Shown here piece by piece: positions 9,768 to 19,745 of a stretch of 32,000 bases of DNA. The notes below the pieces were generated by a model. That model was not told the origin of the DNA. It saw nothing but the letters and a program-made list of their open reading frames with translations, and did not search any database. The position numbers and the translations under genes are program-made. How positions within the stretch are numbered: position 1 is the stretch's first letter; each line of letters opens with the position of its first letter. Source of the DNA: Candidatus Pelagibacter sp. HTCC7211 (GTDB lineage: Bacteria > Pseudomonadota > Alphaproteobacteria > Pelagibacterales > Pelagibacteraceae); assembly GCF_000155895.1 (NCBI RefSeq), contig NZ_DS995298.1, positions 870,001 to 902,000 of the forward strand, read 5' to 3'.

Positions 9768-10499
9768 TTAATCTTTTTTTAAATTTTTTTCTAATTTTCT
9801 AACAAAGAAAGAAACAATTAAGATTAAAACCAAATATTCTAATATCAAAAAAGTATAAATTTCTAAAGGACGATAAGTTGTGACAACTAATTCATTTGCT
9901 TTTCTAGTTAAATCTCCAATACCAATTATTGATACTAATGAAGACATTTTTAAGACATATACAAACTGATTTCCTATCGCTGGCAATATATTTTTTATTG
10001 CTTGAGGTAAAATTACCAATCTCAATCTTTTGAAAAAATTTAAGCCTAGTGAGCTTCCAGCTTCCCATTGAGCTTTTTTTATTGAATTTATGCCTGCTCT
10101 AAAGATTTCAGCCTGAAATGCACTTTCACTTATTGCTAGAGCAATTATCCCAGAAACAAATGGACTAAAGCTAATCCCAGTCATTATTGGCAATCCATAA
10201 TAGATCCACAAGATTAAGACTAATAGTGGTACAGCTCTTACAATCTCAACATAACCAATATTAATATAAGTTAAAAATTTATTTTTAGCTAGAGAGGGAA
10301 TAGCAACTATTAGTCCAAGAAACATAGATATAATAATTGATACTACTGATATATAAATAGTAGTTGTTAAACCGCTTAATAAGAATTTTAGATTTGTTAA
10401 TCCTTCAATATTATTTGGAGAAATTATAAACCATCCCAATTCTTGATCTGTACAAGAAGAGAGCGGAATAATTAAAAGTAAAAAAAAAATATTTTTCAC
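9768..10499 (-). CDS. Polar amino-acid ABC transporter permease (His/Glu/Gln/Arg/opine family)
   Basis: 243 aa, multi-TM, with an EAA-type loop ESAFQAEIFRAGINSIKKAQWEAGSSLGLNFFKRLRLVILPQA. Confidence 0.9.
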   Translation of the reverse strand: MKNIFFLLLIIPLSSCTDQELGWFIISPNNIEGLTNLKFLLSGLTTTIYISVVSIIISMFLGLIVAIPSLAKNKFLTYINIGYVEIVRAVPLLVLILWIYYGLPIMTGISFSPFVSGIIALAISESAFQAEIFRAGINSIKKAQWEAGSSLGLNFFKRLRLVILPQAIKNILPAIGNQFVYVLKMSSLVSIIGIGDLTRKANELVVTTYRPLEIYTFLILEYLVLILIVSFFVRKLEKNLKKD

Positions 10500-10539
10500 T
10501 CTTAAAGTTATAGAGAATTAAATAGTAATATCTAACTGA

Positions 10540-11307
10540 TTATAAGCTTTTAAGATTATACTTGGATAATAGTTTTGCAAAAAAACCAGAATTTTTTTTC
10601 TTCTCAATCCATTTACTCACATAATCATTCCAAACAGTATCACTTTTTGGCACCATCATTGCTAAAAAGGCAGGATTTTTTTCACCATCCTGTACTATTG
10701 CTAGCTGAGGATATTTGATAACTAATTTATTTGCTTCAGTCGAACTTGTAATATTTCCATCAGCTCTACCTGCTAAAACTTCCTGAAAATCTCTAGCTGG
10801 AGCTTCAACAGATTTTAATGTTGAATTAGGAAAGAATTCCTTAGCTTTTTGCTCTTGAGAGGTTCCTAATGTAGTGGCTATCTTAACACCATTTTTATTT
10901 AAAGAGTCCCAAGTTGGAAATTTGTTTAAATTCTTTTTAAGAACAAGTGGAACTGTACCATATTTATAATATGTAGATGTAAATCCAGCTACTTCAGCTC
11001 TTTTTGCAGTTTTAGTAACACTTGTTGAAATATCATACCTACCTGAAGTGATTCCAGAAACTATTGTTTTCCATTCAGTTGGTACAAAAGTTACTTTAAC
11101 ACCCATATCTTTTGCTAATTCGTTCATAACATCTATGTCAAAACCTTTATATTTATTTGTAGCGGGATCTTTCATTGTCATTGGATCCCAGTCTCCTGTA
11201 GTTCCAACTTTTAATTCACCAGATGCTATTATTTGATCTAATTTTGACTCTGCGTTAACTGATAAGGGTAAAAGCACTAAAAGTGCAAGCAAGATTATTT
11301 TTTTCAT
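10540..11307 (-). CDS. ABC transporter periplasmic substrate-binding protein, family 3 (polar amino acid/opine type)
   Basis: 255 aa with a Sec signal ([21 protein letters not shown]). The SBP_bac_3-like core reads [12 protein letters not shown]...[12 protein letters not shown]...SGRYDIS. It lies 35 nt downstream of soxG on the same strand. Confidence 0.9.
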   Translation of the reverse strand: MKKIILLALLVLLPLSVNAESKLDQIIASGELKVGTTGDWDPMTMKDPATNKYKGFDIDVMNELAKDMGVKVTFVPTEWKTIVSGITSGRYDISTSVTKTAKRAEVAGFTSTYYKYGTVPLVLKKNLNKFPTWDSLNKNGVKIATTLGTSQEQKAKEFFPNSTLKSVEAPARDFQEVLAGRADGNITSSTEANKLVIKYPQLAIVQDGEKNPAFLAMMVPKSDTVWNDYVSKWIEKKKNSGFFAKLLSKYNLKSL

Positions 11308-11342
11308 AATGTCTTTTAGCTTAAAATTAGGAATAAAAAACT

Positions 11343-11906
11343 CTATAACCTTGACGCACTATCATTTATCCAAGAACATAAATGTTCTGAAAATGAACGT
11401 CTAACAAATAAATTAACTAAGTTTTCATCTTTATGATGCACAATAACATCTATGTTATTTAGTAAAGTCTGTGTTGTAGAACCCTTTTTTTCTTTAAATT
11501 CATTAAAATTAAAAGGACTACCTGAGGCAAATAATTCAAAAATATTTTCTCCTTTTAATTCAAGTAATACTAATTGATCAGTTACATCAGTAACTGCACC
11601 TAAATTAGTTTTAGAAATACTATTATATAACATCTCCTCTAATTCATATATATTGCTATCTTTTTGAATCTTTTCATTTGAAAAGACCATCCATTCATCT
11701 GGACTTAACCAGATTGAGGTAAGTTTATCACTTGAAGATGAAGTGTTGGCTTCTGTTGGTAATATCATATTTAAGTTTTTACCAACTGATGTAAAAAATT
11801 CTCTTTTTTTTCCTCTTAAATTAAGTTTCATAATTGGAGAAATTTCTTTAATTGATAAACCATTATGGTTTATTTCATCTTTTAAAATACTGTTATAATT
11901 AAGCAT
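11343..11906 (-). CDS. soxG: Sarcosine oxidase gamma subunit
   Basis: 187 aa, overlapping the end of soxA by 8 nt in the canonical soxBDAG order. It has the SoxG-like LSPDEWMV motif. Confidence 0.8.
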   Translation of the reverse strand: MLNYNSILKDEINHNGLSIKEISPIMKLNLRGKKREFFTSVGKNLNMILPTEANTSSSSDKLTSIWLSPDEWMVFSNEKIQKDSNIYELEEMLYNSISKTNLGAVTDVTDQLVLLELKGENIFELFASGSPFNFNEFKEKKGSTTQTLLNNIDVIVHHKDENLVNLFVRRSFSEHLCSWINDSASRL

Positions 11907-14904
11907 TTAACCTCTTATTTCCTTCATCAAAAAAAACTGGATTAGCAACAGTTACATTGATTGTCTTAGTTTCCATTGGAATAAATAATTTTTTACCAAT
12001 CATATCTTTTCCACCCCTAACAACTGCTAAAGCAATAGATTTATTTAGATTTGGACTAAAATAACTAGAAGTTACATGACCTAACATTTGAACAGGATTT
12101 TGATTTAATTCAGATACAATTTGAGCACCTTCTTCCAAAACTATGTTTGGATCATCAGTTAACAATCCAACTAATTGTTTTCGATCTTCTCTCATTGTAT
12201 CAGATCTATAGAGAGACCTTTTGCCAATAAAATCATATTTCTTTTTACTAACTATCCAATCCATTTGAAGATCAATAGGCGTCATTGTTCCATCTGTATC
12301 TTGACCGACTATAATAAAACCTTTCTCAGCCCTTAGTAAGTGCATTGTTTCTGTTCCATATGGAGTAATGTTAAATTCTTTACCTGCTTCTATACATTTT
12401 TCCCAAAGTGATTTACCAAAACTTGCTTGAATATTAATTTCATAACTAAGCTCACCTGTAAAACTTATTCTCATAACTCTGCATTTAATGTTATTAATTT
12501 TCGCCTCTTTAAATGACATGTGAGGAAAACTTTCATCAGAAAAATCTAGATCAGGAAATATTTTTTTTAATATCTTTTTACTATTAGGTCCACAAACACT
12601 AGCTGTAGAATAATGGTCAGTAACTGAAGTTAAATATACATCCAGTTCAGGCCATTCAGTTTGTAGATAATCTTCAAGTTTCCCCAAAACATTAGCGGCA
12701 CCACCTGTTGTAGTGGTCATTAGATAATGGTTTTCTCCTAACCTGGTAGTAACACCATCATCATAAACCATTCCATCTTCGTTAAGCATTAAACCATATC
12801 TACATTTACCAATGGCAAGTTTTGACCAGGCATTAGTGTAAACCCTATTTAAAAATTCAGAAACACCACTTCCTTGAATATCAATTTTACCTAGTGTAGA
12901 TGCATCTAAAATCCCAGCACTTTCTCTTGCAGCTTTACTTTCTCTTTGTACCGCTTGATGCATAGTTTCTCCATTACTAGGATAATACCAACCTCTTTTC
13001 CATTGACCAACATTTTCAAATTCAGCTTTATTTTCAATATGCCAATCATTCATTGCTGTTCTTCTAAATATATCAAAATATTCTCCAACATTACGCCCAA
13101 CAATAGTTCCAAAAGTTAAAGGAGTGTAGGGAGGCCTAAAGGTTGTAGTACCAAGTTCACCCATTTTTACTCCTGCAGTGTCAGCTATTATTCCAAGGGC
13201 ATGCATATTACCAAGTTTACCTTGATCTGTTCCCATACCGGTTGTTGTATATCTTTTTACATGTTCAATTGATCTAAAACCCTCACGTAACGCTAATTTA
13301 ATATCTTTTGCGGTTGCATCATTTTGATAATCCACAAACGGTTTTGTTTTTCCAATAGCTTTATCAGATGGAAGTAACCAAATATTTCTTTTAGAAGTTT
13401 CTTCCTCGCTCTCTATAGTAATATTATCAAAATCAGTTTGTTCTATTTTTAAAAATTCTTTTAGTTTAATTGACAATTCGTTAATTATTTCTTTTAAATC
13501 AAAACTTCCATTACAGGAACCAACACTAATTTGATCTGAAGGATATTTATTTGGTAAAAATATATTGTTATCTTCATCAAATTTCAATTTTCCTCCCGAC
13601 TGGGTAAATAAGTGTACAGCTGGTGTCCAACCACCCGCAACTCCCAAACAATCACATGAAATATTAATTCTATTACCAGTTACAGTCATTCCATCGTTTG
13701 ATAATTTCATTATTGAAATATTATTTAATCTTTTATATCCATTAGTATCAACGACAGTATGTGACCAATAAATTTTAATTCCTACCTGTTCAACAGCTTT
13801 AACAATTTTTGAATTTGAATTATTTCTAATATCTATAATGGCATCAACTTTGATTCCTTTGTTGAATAAACATAATGCACTTTCATACGCACTATCATTG
13901 TTTGTGAAGAACACATTTTTTTCACCACATTTAACACCAAAGAAATCAGCATATTTTTTTACAGCTGTTGACAACATTATTCCTGGTCTGTCATTGTTAT
14001 TAAAAACAAGTGGTCTCTCTAAAGCACCTGTTGCAAGAATTACTTTTTTAGCTCTTATTTTTAAAAGTCTTTGTCTTACTTTATTATTTTTATCTTTTTT
14101 TTCTAAATGATCTGTTAAATTTTCTCTAGCTAATAAATAATTATATCCATGATATGCTGCTACACTTGTTCTCGTTTTAACTTCTAGATTATCAATATTC
14201 TTAAGCTCATTTATTTCTTTTTTGATCCAATCAGATGAACTTTGATTATCAATTTTATTAAACTCTCTATTTTGGTAAATGGTTGCACCACCTAACTCGT
14301 TTTTTTCTTCAATCAATAAAGTTTTTAAGTTATTTTTAGCTGCATTTTTTGCAGCTAATATTCCTGATATACCTGCTCCAACAACCAGAACATCACAATG
14401 TATATTTCTATGATCGTAAATATCTGGATCTTTTTCTGCTGGTGATTTACCCAAACCAGCTGAGTGTCTAATGAAAAATTCATATTTTTCCCAAAAGCTA
14501 GCTGGCCACATGAAAGTTTTATAATAAAAGCCTGCAGGTAAAAATGGAGAAATTAGATTATTTATTCCACCAATATCAAAATTTACGTTTGGCCAACAAT
14601 TTTGGCTTGAAGCTTCCAAACCTTCATAAATTTCAACTTCTGTAGCTCTAACGTTAGGTTCTGTCCGATTTGTGTTATCATTAACTTGAACAATGGCATT
14701 CGGTTCTTCTGAACCAGCCGTCATAATTCCTCTTGGTCTATGATATTTAAAACTTCTTCCTACTAAATGAACATCATTAGCGAGTAGGGCGGATGCTAAT
14801 GTATCACCTTTAAATCCATAATATGTTTTACCATTAAACTTAAACGAAACTCTATGTGTTTCATCTATATATTCGCTAGATTTAACTCTTAAATTTGCTG
14901 ACAT
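11899..14904 (-). CDS. soxA: Sarcosine oxidase alpha subunit
   Basis: 1001 aa with N-terminal FNGKTYYGFKGDTLASALLANDVHLVGRSFKYHRPRG and the dinucleotide fold VLVVGAGISGILAA. A C-terminal GcvT-like folate-binding domain is present. Confidence 0.96.
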   Translation of the reverse strand: MSANLRVKSSEYIDETHRVSFKFNGKTYYGFKGDTLASALLANDVHLVGRSFKYHRPRGIMTAGSEEPNAIVQVNDNTNRTEPNVRATEVEIYEGLEASSQNCWPNVNFDIGGINNLISPFLPAGFYYKTFMWPASFWEKYEFFIRHSAGLGKSPAEKDPDIYDHRNIHCDVLVVGAGISGILAAKNAAKNNLKTLLIEEKNELGGATIYQNREFNKIDNQSSSDWIKKEINELKNIDNLEVKTRTSVAAYHGYNYLLARENLTDHLEKKDKNNKVRQRLLKIRAKKVILATGALERPLVFNNNDRPGIMLSTAVKKYADFFGVKCGEKNVFFTNNDSAYESALCLFNKGIKVDAIIDIRNNSNSKIVKAVEQVGIKIYWSHTVVDTNGYKRLNNISIMKLSNDGMTVTGNRINISCDCLGVAGGWTPAVHLFTQSGGKLKFDEDNNIFLPNKYPSDQISVGSCNGSFDLKEIINELSIKLKEFLKIEQTDFDNITIESEEETSKRNIWLLPSDKAIGKTKPFVDYQNDATAKDIKLALREGFRSIEHVKRYTTTGMGTDQGKLGNMHALGIIADTAGVKMGELGTTTFRPPYTPLTFGTIVGRNVGEYFDIFRRTAMNDWHIENKAEFENVGQWKRGWYYPSNGETMHQAVQRESKAARESAGILDASTLGKIDIQGSGVSEFLNRVYTNAWSKLAIGKCRYGLMLNEDGMVYDDGVTTRLGENHYLMTTTTGGAANVLGKLEDYLQTEWPELDVYLTSVTDHYSTASVCGPNSKKILKKIFPDLDFSDESFPHMSFKEAKINNIKCRVMRISFTGELSYEINIQASFGKSLWEKCIEAGKEFNITPYGTETMHLLRAEKGFIIVGQDTDGTMTPIDLQMDWIVSKKKYDFIGKRSLYRSDTMREDRKQLVGLLTDDPNIVLEEGAQIVSELNQNPVQMLGHVTSSYFSPNLNKSIALAVVRGGKDMIGKKLFIPMETKTINVTVANPVFFDEGNKRLNA

Positions 14905-14905
14905 A

Positions 14906-15181
14906 TTATTTTAGCGGTGGTTTTTCCCCCATTTTATAAACTAATTTGATTTCGTCATTAGAAGTGTCTCTGACCATATTGAACCACTTTCTACATCCAT
15001 GTGTATGGTTCCATCTTTCAAACTGAACACCCTTTATATTTTTTCTCATAAATAAATACTCTGCCCATTCATCATCACTTAATTCTGTAGGTTGTTTTGG
15101 TCTTTCTATGTGTGCTTCACCACCAGCCTTAAATTCTTGCTGATCTCGCTCTCCACAATAAGGACAATTAATTACGAACAT
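14906..15181 (-). CDS. soxD: Sarcosine oxidase delta subunit
   Basis: 91 aa with CPYCGERD...HTHGC zinc-site residues typical of SoxD. It sits between soxB and soxA. Confidence 0.9.
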   Translation of the reverse strand: MFVINCPYCGERDQQEFKAGGEAHIERPKQPTELSDDEWAEYLFMRKNIKGVQFERWNHTHGCRKWFNMVRDTSNDEIKLVYKMGEKPPLK

Positions 15182-16434
15182 TAGTGAGCGACAGCTGCTG
15201 CCCCATGTTCATCAACAAGATCACCACTAACAAATCTATTTAAATTAAATGCAGCATTAAGTTTATGTGGCTCATCATTTGCAATTGTATGAGCAAATAA
15301 ATCTCCTGATCCTGGAGTTGCTTTAAATCCACCAGTACCCCAACCACAATTAAAATATAAACCTTTAATTGAAGTTTTACTTAATATTGGACTAGCATCA
15401 GGGCAAATATCAACTATACCTCCCCATTGTCTTAACATTCTCATTCGGCTAAAAATTGGATAAAGTTCTAATATAGCATTAAGTGTACCTTCAACTATTT
15501 GATGACTTCCTTTTTGAGAATAAGAGACATAATCATCTGTTCCTGCACCTATGACAAGCTCACCTTTATCAGATTGACTAACATAAGCGTGAACAGCATT
15601 TGACATTACAACAGTATCAATAATTGGTTTAACTGGTTCAGAAACTAAAGCTTGTAATGGTTTACTTTCCAAAGGTAGTCTTAACCCTGCCATGTTTGCT
15701 ATCACACTTGAGTGACCTGCGGCTACGACTCCAACTTTGTTAGTTTTAATGAATCCTTTAGTTGTTTCAATTCCCTCTACACTATCACCATTTCTTTTAA
15801 TTCCTTTTACTTCACAATTTTGAATAATATCTACACCCATCTCATCAGCACCTCTAGCGTAACCCCAAGCAACAGCATCATGCCTTGCAGTACCAGCTCT
15901 TCTTTGAAGTGTTCCACCTAAGACAGGATATCTTATATTAGGTGAAGTATTAATAATTGGGCAAAATTTTTTAACTTCTTCAGTATTTAAATAAACTGCA
16001 TCAATTCCATTTAATCTATTAGCATGCGTTCTTCTTTTTAAGTCTCTTACATCTTGTAGATTGTGAGCAAGGTTCATTACACCTCTTTGACTAAACATAA
16101 CATTGTAGTTTAATTCTTGTGATAAATCTTCCCATATTTTTAATGCATGGTCATATAGACCAGCACTCGCATCCCATAAATAATTTGATCTTATGATTGT
16201 TGTGTTACGACCAGTGTTTCCACCACCAATCCAACCTTTTTCAACAACAGCAATATTTCTCATATTGTGTTTCTTTGCTAAATAGTAAGCAGTTGCTAAT
16301 CCATGACCACCACCACCAACAATTACAGCATCATATTCTTTTTTAGGTTGTGGGTCTTTCCATGCTTTTTGCCAATTTTCATGATAGCTAAAAGCATTTT
16401 TAATTAGCGAAAATATCGAGTATTTGTTTTTCAT
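15181..16434 (-). CDS. soxB: Sarcosine oxidase beta subunit (FAD-dependent)
   Basis: It has the motif [21 protein letters not shown] and overlaps soxD by 1 nt. The track start at 16443 is a TTG; I prefer the ATG three codons downstream (MKNKYS..., 16434). Confidence 0.95.
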   Translation of the reverse strand: MKNKYSIFSLIKNAFSYHENWQKAWKDPQPKKEYDAVIVGGGGHGLATAYYLAKKHNMRNIAVVEKGWIGGGNTGRNTTIIRSNYLWDASAGLYDHALKIWEDLSQELNYNVMFSQRGVMNLAHNLQDVRDLKRRTHANRLNGIDAVYLNTEEVKKFCPIINTSPNIRYPVLGGTLQRRAGTARHDAVAWGYARGADEMGVDIIQNCEVKGIKRNGDSVEGIETTKGFIKTNKVGVVAAGHSSVIANMAGLRLPLESKPLQALVSEPVKPIIDTVVMSNAVHAYVSQSDKGELVIGAGTDDYVSYSQKGSHQIVEGTLNAILELYPIFSRMRMLRQWGGIVDICPDASPILSKTSIKGLYFNCGWGTGGFKATPGSGDLFAHTIANDEPHKLNAAFNLNRFVSGDLVDEHGAAAVAH

Positions 16435-16458
16435 TATTCGCAATAATTACTTTATAAA

Positions 16459-16474
16459 TATTGAATATTCAATA
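16459..16474. promoter_or_regulatory. Perfect 16-bp palindrome TATTGAATATTCAATA in the soxB / tRNA-Ser divergent spacer (candidate operator and/or back-to-back -35 elements)
   Basis: Read directly from the sequence, where positions 16459..16474 are self-complementary. The TTGAAT half-sites resemble a -35 hexamer on both strands. On the + strand, TATATC (16483..16488) follows after a 16-nt spacer, about 11 nt before the tRNA 5' end. Confidence 0.3.
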
Positions 16475-16499
16475 CAATCAGTTATATCAATGTCGCAGT

Positions 16500-16591
16500 G
16501 GAAGAGTGGGTGAGAGGCTGAAACCAGTCGTTTGCTAAATGACCGTGCGAGGAAACTTGTACCGAGGGTTCGAATCCCTCCTCTTCCGCCA
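16500..16591 (+). tRNA. tRNA-Ser (anticodon GCU), class II, genomically encoded CCA
   Basis: Folded by hand. The acceptor stem is GGAAGAG/CTCTTCC with discriminator G and CCA. The D stem is GGT/ACC. The anticodon stem is GTCGT/ATGAC with loop TTGCTAA (anticodon GCT). A long variable arm, GTGCGAG-GAAA-CTTGTAC, is present. The T arm is GAGGG-TTCGAAT-CCCTC. Confidence 0.93.
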
Positions 16592-18820
16592 TTAATATAG
16601 AGGCTGATCTTTGAAGAAGTTTTTCATAATTATAGGTTTTTTTTCTAATATATATCTATAGACGTTATAGTTTTCCAATACACGCTGCACATAGTTTCGA
16701 GTTTCTCTAAATTTAATTAACTCAACCCAATCAACATAATCAACCTGTTTTTTTTGCGGATCTTTATTAATTTTTTTCCAATATTTAACTCTATTAGGAC
16801 CCGCGTTGTAAGCAGCTGTTGCAAATGGGTACGCTCCATCATACTGAAGTATTAATCCAGCAATATAATGAGAACCCAAATTAATGTTATATTCTGGATC
16901 AGTAGTTAATCTTGATTTTGAATATGGAAGTTTGGCTTGCTTTGAAACAAGTTTTGCAGTGTAAGGCATTAATTGCATTAATCCTTTAGCTCCCGCATGG
17001 CTATTTGCACTTAAATCAAATTCACTTTCTTGTCTAATAATTGATAATATAAATGCGCTTTCAGGAATTTTTCGGCCGTTAATAGTTTTAGGCGTACTTA
17101 TAATTGGATAATTAAATTGGTTATGAAATCTTTTTTGATAAGAAGCTATTTTAGAAACTTGAATTGCAAAATCATATCTTTCAATACTAGTAGCTAATTC
17201 AGCGGCAAGTATTTCACTTCCTCTTTTAATGTTATCATTTGCAAGATGTCTTAAAATATATTTTGTATATTTATCTTTCTTAAGTTCATCTAGTAGATAA
17301 ATTATCTTAACTAACTCTTTGTTGTAAAAAATATATCTATATTTATTATCAACCTCCATACTATCATTAAGTGTAAATTTGCCATTAGGATTCAATTTTA
17401 AAAACGCTAACTGGCCATAATAAGTGGTGAGATACTTTGATGCTTTTTGATACCATTTAAGTGATTGTTCTTTATTACCTAGTTTTTCATAAGTTCTTCC
17501 AAGCCAAAAAGCACCTCTAGATGTACTAATTGGATAACTGACATTTTTATAAAAATTATGAAAATGATCTTTTGCTATTAAAGGATCATTTAAAAAACTT
17601 AAAGCTATCCATCCACTCATCCATTCAGCTTCAGCAAATTCTGCACCCGCAGTCATACCGTGCTCACTGGTAATTTTGTAAGCTATTTCATATTTTTTTT
17701 TATAAATTAATTTTCTAGAAATTATTTCACGCTCTTTCCACCATTTTTCTGGCATCACTAAATAATCTTTATCATTTTTAATTTTCATTAAAATTTCAAC
17801 AGAGGAGTCAACACGCCCTTTTTTTCTTCTCCATTTTAAGCGATCATAATTTAAGCCAGCATCATTTTTTAATTTTTCTGGAACGTTTTTAATTGCTTGA
17901 TCAACCCCGTAACCTTTACTCATTAAGATATGCCTCGCGGTATACAAAAGTTCATAATCTTTAGGTAAATATCTAGTTAATCTTCTTAGATCCCAATATT
18001 TATTATTCCAAGCTAAATAATCTGCTCTTTTGATATAATCATCTGCATTGAGATATTTTTTAAATTTTTTTCTAAAAAATTTTAATTCATTTTTTGATAT
18101 TTTTGCTGTTATCCATCCTTTTTTAATTAGATTTATTCCTTTTGTTTTTTCACCTGTTAATATGAAACTTTCTCCTAATATCATTTGTCCATATCCACTT
18201 AGCGGATCTTTACCAGTAAACCATTTGATAATTTTTTTTGGAGATACTTTTGATGTTGATAATTTGTGCTCTGCTAAATATCTTAATCTATCTATTCTTG
18301 GATATTGATTATTACGATCTATAAAAACCTTATAATCATAAAAAGACGCCTGATTTCCTGTTGTTAGAAGGTATCTCCACTTAATAAAATTATATATAGA
18401 TTTATCTTTCGCTTTTTTTGCAATTTTTAATGAAGAAGTCCATCTACTTTTTTGCATTTCAGATATTGCTTTTCTTGCAATATTGAAATCTTTTTTGCTG
18501 TAATATTTTGAAATTTTGACACTACGAGATGTAGTGACACCAGGTATTGAAGGTTTCTTTTTAGGAATTTTGAATGATAGTTTTTTATCTTTTGTATCTT
18601 TAACTGTTTTTGTAATTTTTTTTTCAACGATTTTGATTTCTTTAATTTTTTTTGGTTTTTTAATTGGTAAAAGAATATTTTGTGTTAATTTTTTTACTAT
18701 TTCTTCATCAGTTAACGATGGCTTTTTTAAAGGAACTAGTATCGTTGTTTCAGCTGAAAGATTATTAATATTTACTATGATGGATATTACCAAACTGATA
18801 AATAATAATTTTTTAAGCAT
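16592..18820 (-). CDS. slt: Soluble lytic murein transglycosylase (Slt70-like)
   Basis: 742 aa with an N-terminal signal peptide and superhelical repeat region. The C-terminal SLT catalytic domain reads IIRQESEFDLSANSHAGAKGLMQLMP...AAYNAGPNRV. Confidence 0.9.
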   Translation of the reverse strand: MLKKLLFISLVISIIVNINNLSAETTILVPLKKPSLTDEEIVKKLTQNILLPIKKPKKIKEIKIVEKKITKTVKDTKDKKLSFKIPKKKPSIPGVTTSRSVKISKYYSKKDFNIARKAISEMQKSRWTSSLKIAKKAKDKSIYNFIKWRYLLTTGNQASFYDYKVFIDRNNQYPRIDRLRYLAEHKLSTSKVSPKKIIKWFTGKDPLSGYGQMILGESFILTGEKTKGINLIKKGWITAKISKNELKFFRKKFKKYLNADDYIKRADYLAWNNKYWDLRRLTRYLPKDYELLYTARHILMSKGYGVDQAIKNVPEKLKNDAGLNYDRLKWRRKKGRVDSSVEILMKIKNDKDYLVMPEKWWKEREIISRKLIYKKKYEIAYKITSEHGMTAGAEFAEAEWMSGWIALSFLNDPLIAKDHFHNFYKNVSYPISTSRGAFWLGRTYEKLGNKEQSLKWYQKASKYLTTYYGQLAFLKLNPNGKFTLNDSMEVDNKYRYIFYNKELVKIIYLLDELKKDKYTKYILRHLANDNIKRGSEILAAELATSIERYDFAIQVSKIASYQKRFHNQFNYPIISTPKTINGRKIPESAFILSIIRQESEFDLSANSHAGAKGLMQLMPYTAKLVSKQAKLPYSKSRLTTDPEYNINLGSHYIAGLILQYDGAYPFATAAYNAGPNRVKYWKKINKDPQKKQVDYVDWVELIKFRETRNYVQRVLENYNVYRYILEKKPIIMKNFFKDQPLY

Positions 18821-18863
18821 AATCTTTTAGTATATGAATCTATAAACTATGTTATAAGTATTT

Positions 18864-19745
18864 ATGTTCAAAGGATCAAATGTTGCTTTAATTACTCCAT
18901 TTAAAAATAATGGTCTTGATGAGGAAGCTTATATAAAATTAATCCATTTTCATATGGATAATGGAACTAGTGGATTGGTACCTGCCGGAACAACAGGGGA
19001 GTCTCCAACACTTAGTCATGACGAACATCAAAGAGTTATTGATTTATGTATCAGAGAAAGCAAGGGTAAAATACCTGTAATAGCTGGAACAGGTTCTAAT
19101 TCAACAGAAGAAGCAATTTCTCTTACTTCACACGCTGAGAAAGCTGGGGCAGATGGAGCACTAATTGTAACGCCTTATTATAATAAGCCAACACAGGAAG
19201 GTTTGTATCAACATTATAAAGCCATAAATGATAAATGTGGAATACCAATAATCATTTATAATATACCAAGTAGATCTGTAATTGATATGTCTGTTGATAC
19301 AATGGCTAGACTATTTGAATTAAAGAACATTGTTGGCGTAAAGGATGCAACTGGAAATTTAGATAGAGTAGATCAACAATTATCAAAGATGGGTAAAGAG
19401 TTTATTCAAATGACTGGAAATGATGAAAATGCTTTTGAGTTTAACAAAAGAGGGGGAGTAGGTGCAATTAGTGTAACTGCAAATATTGCTCCAAAACTTT
19501 GTTCAGATTTTCAAAAATTTTCAGTTTCGCAAAATGAAAATGATATAATAGAAGCTAAAAAAATAGATAATATTTTACAGCCTGTTCATGATGCAATGTT
19601 TGTAGAGAGCAATCCAAGCCCTGTAAAATTTGCAGCTAAATTGATGAATTTAAGTGATGATGAAGTTAGACTGCCACTGGTCAAGGTAACTGATAACACT
19701 CAAAAAATTGTTAGAGAAACACTGCAGTCTGCAAAATTGATTTAA
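18864..19745 (+). CDS. dapA: 4-hydroxy-tetrahydrodipicolinate synthase
   Basis: 293 aa with [39 protein letters not shown] and VGVKDATGN. Confidence 0.95.
   Translation: MFKGSNVALITPFKNNGLDEEAYIKLIHFHMDNGTSGLVPAGTTGESPTLSHDEHQRVIDLCIRESKGKIPVIAGTGSNSTEEAISLTSHAEKAGADGALIVTPYYNKPTQEGLYQHYKAINDKCGIPIIIYNIPSRSVIDMSVDTMARLFELKNIVGVKDATGNLDRVDQQLSKMGKEFIQMTGNDENAFEFNKRGGVGAISVTANIAPKLCSDFQKFSVSQNENDIIEAKKIDNILQPVHDAMFVESNPSPVKFAAKLMNLSDDEVRLPLVKVTDNTQKIVRETLQSAKLI

Noticed and set aside
9752-9779. A9 ... T7 inverted runs spanning the convergent nuclease/permease stop codons, considered as a bidirectional terminator
   Set aside because: The stem would be pure A:T, with no GC clamp and a large loop. 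The runs encode Lys codons at both gene ends, so coding explains them.
10395-10499. Lipobox-like LSSC in the N-terminus of the ABC permease (MKNIFFLLLIIPLSSCTDQ)
   Set aside because: The match to the lipobox is short, and the segment may simply be an extra N-terminal TM helix or signal anchor. A lipoprotein signal on a polytopic permease is implausible without a formal predictor or experimental support.
16435-16443. TTG start at 16443 for soxB
   Set aside because: An ATG lies three codons downstream (16434), and the extra residues are not needed for the conserved N-terminus. The choice does not affect the functional call.
18516-18830. 104-aa plus-strand ORF at the slt 5' end
   Set aside because: It is antisense to the Lys-rich N-terminus of slt. 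AAA-rich sense codons give a Phe-rich antisense frame free of stops, and there is no independent support.
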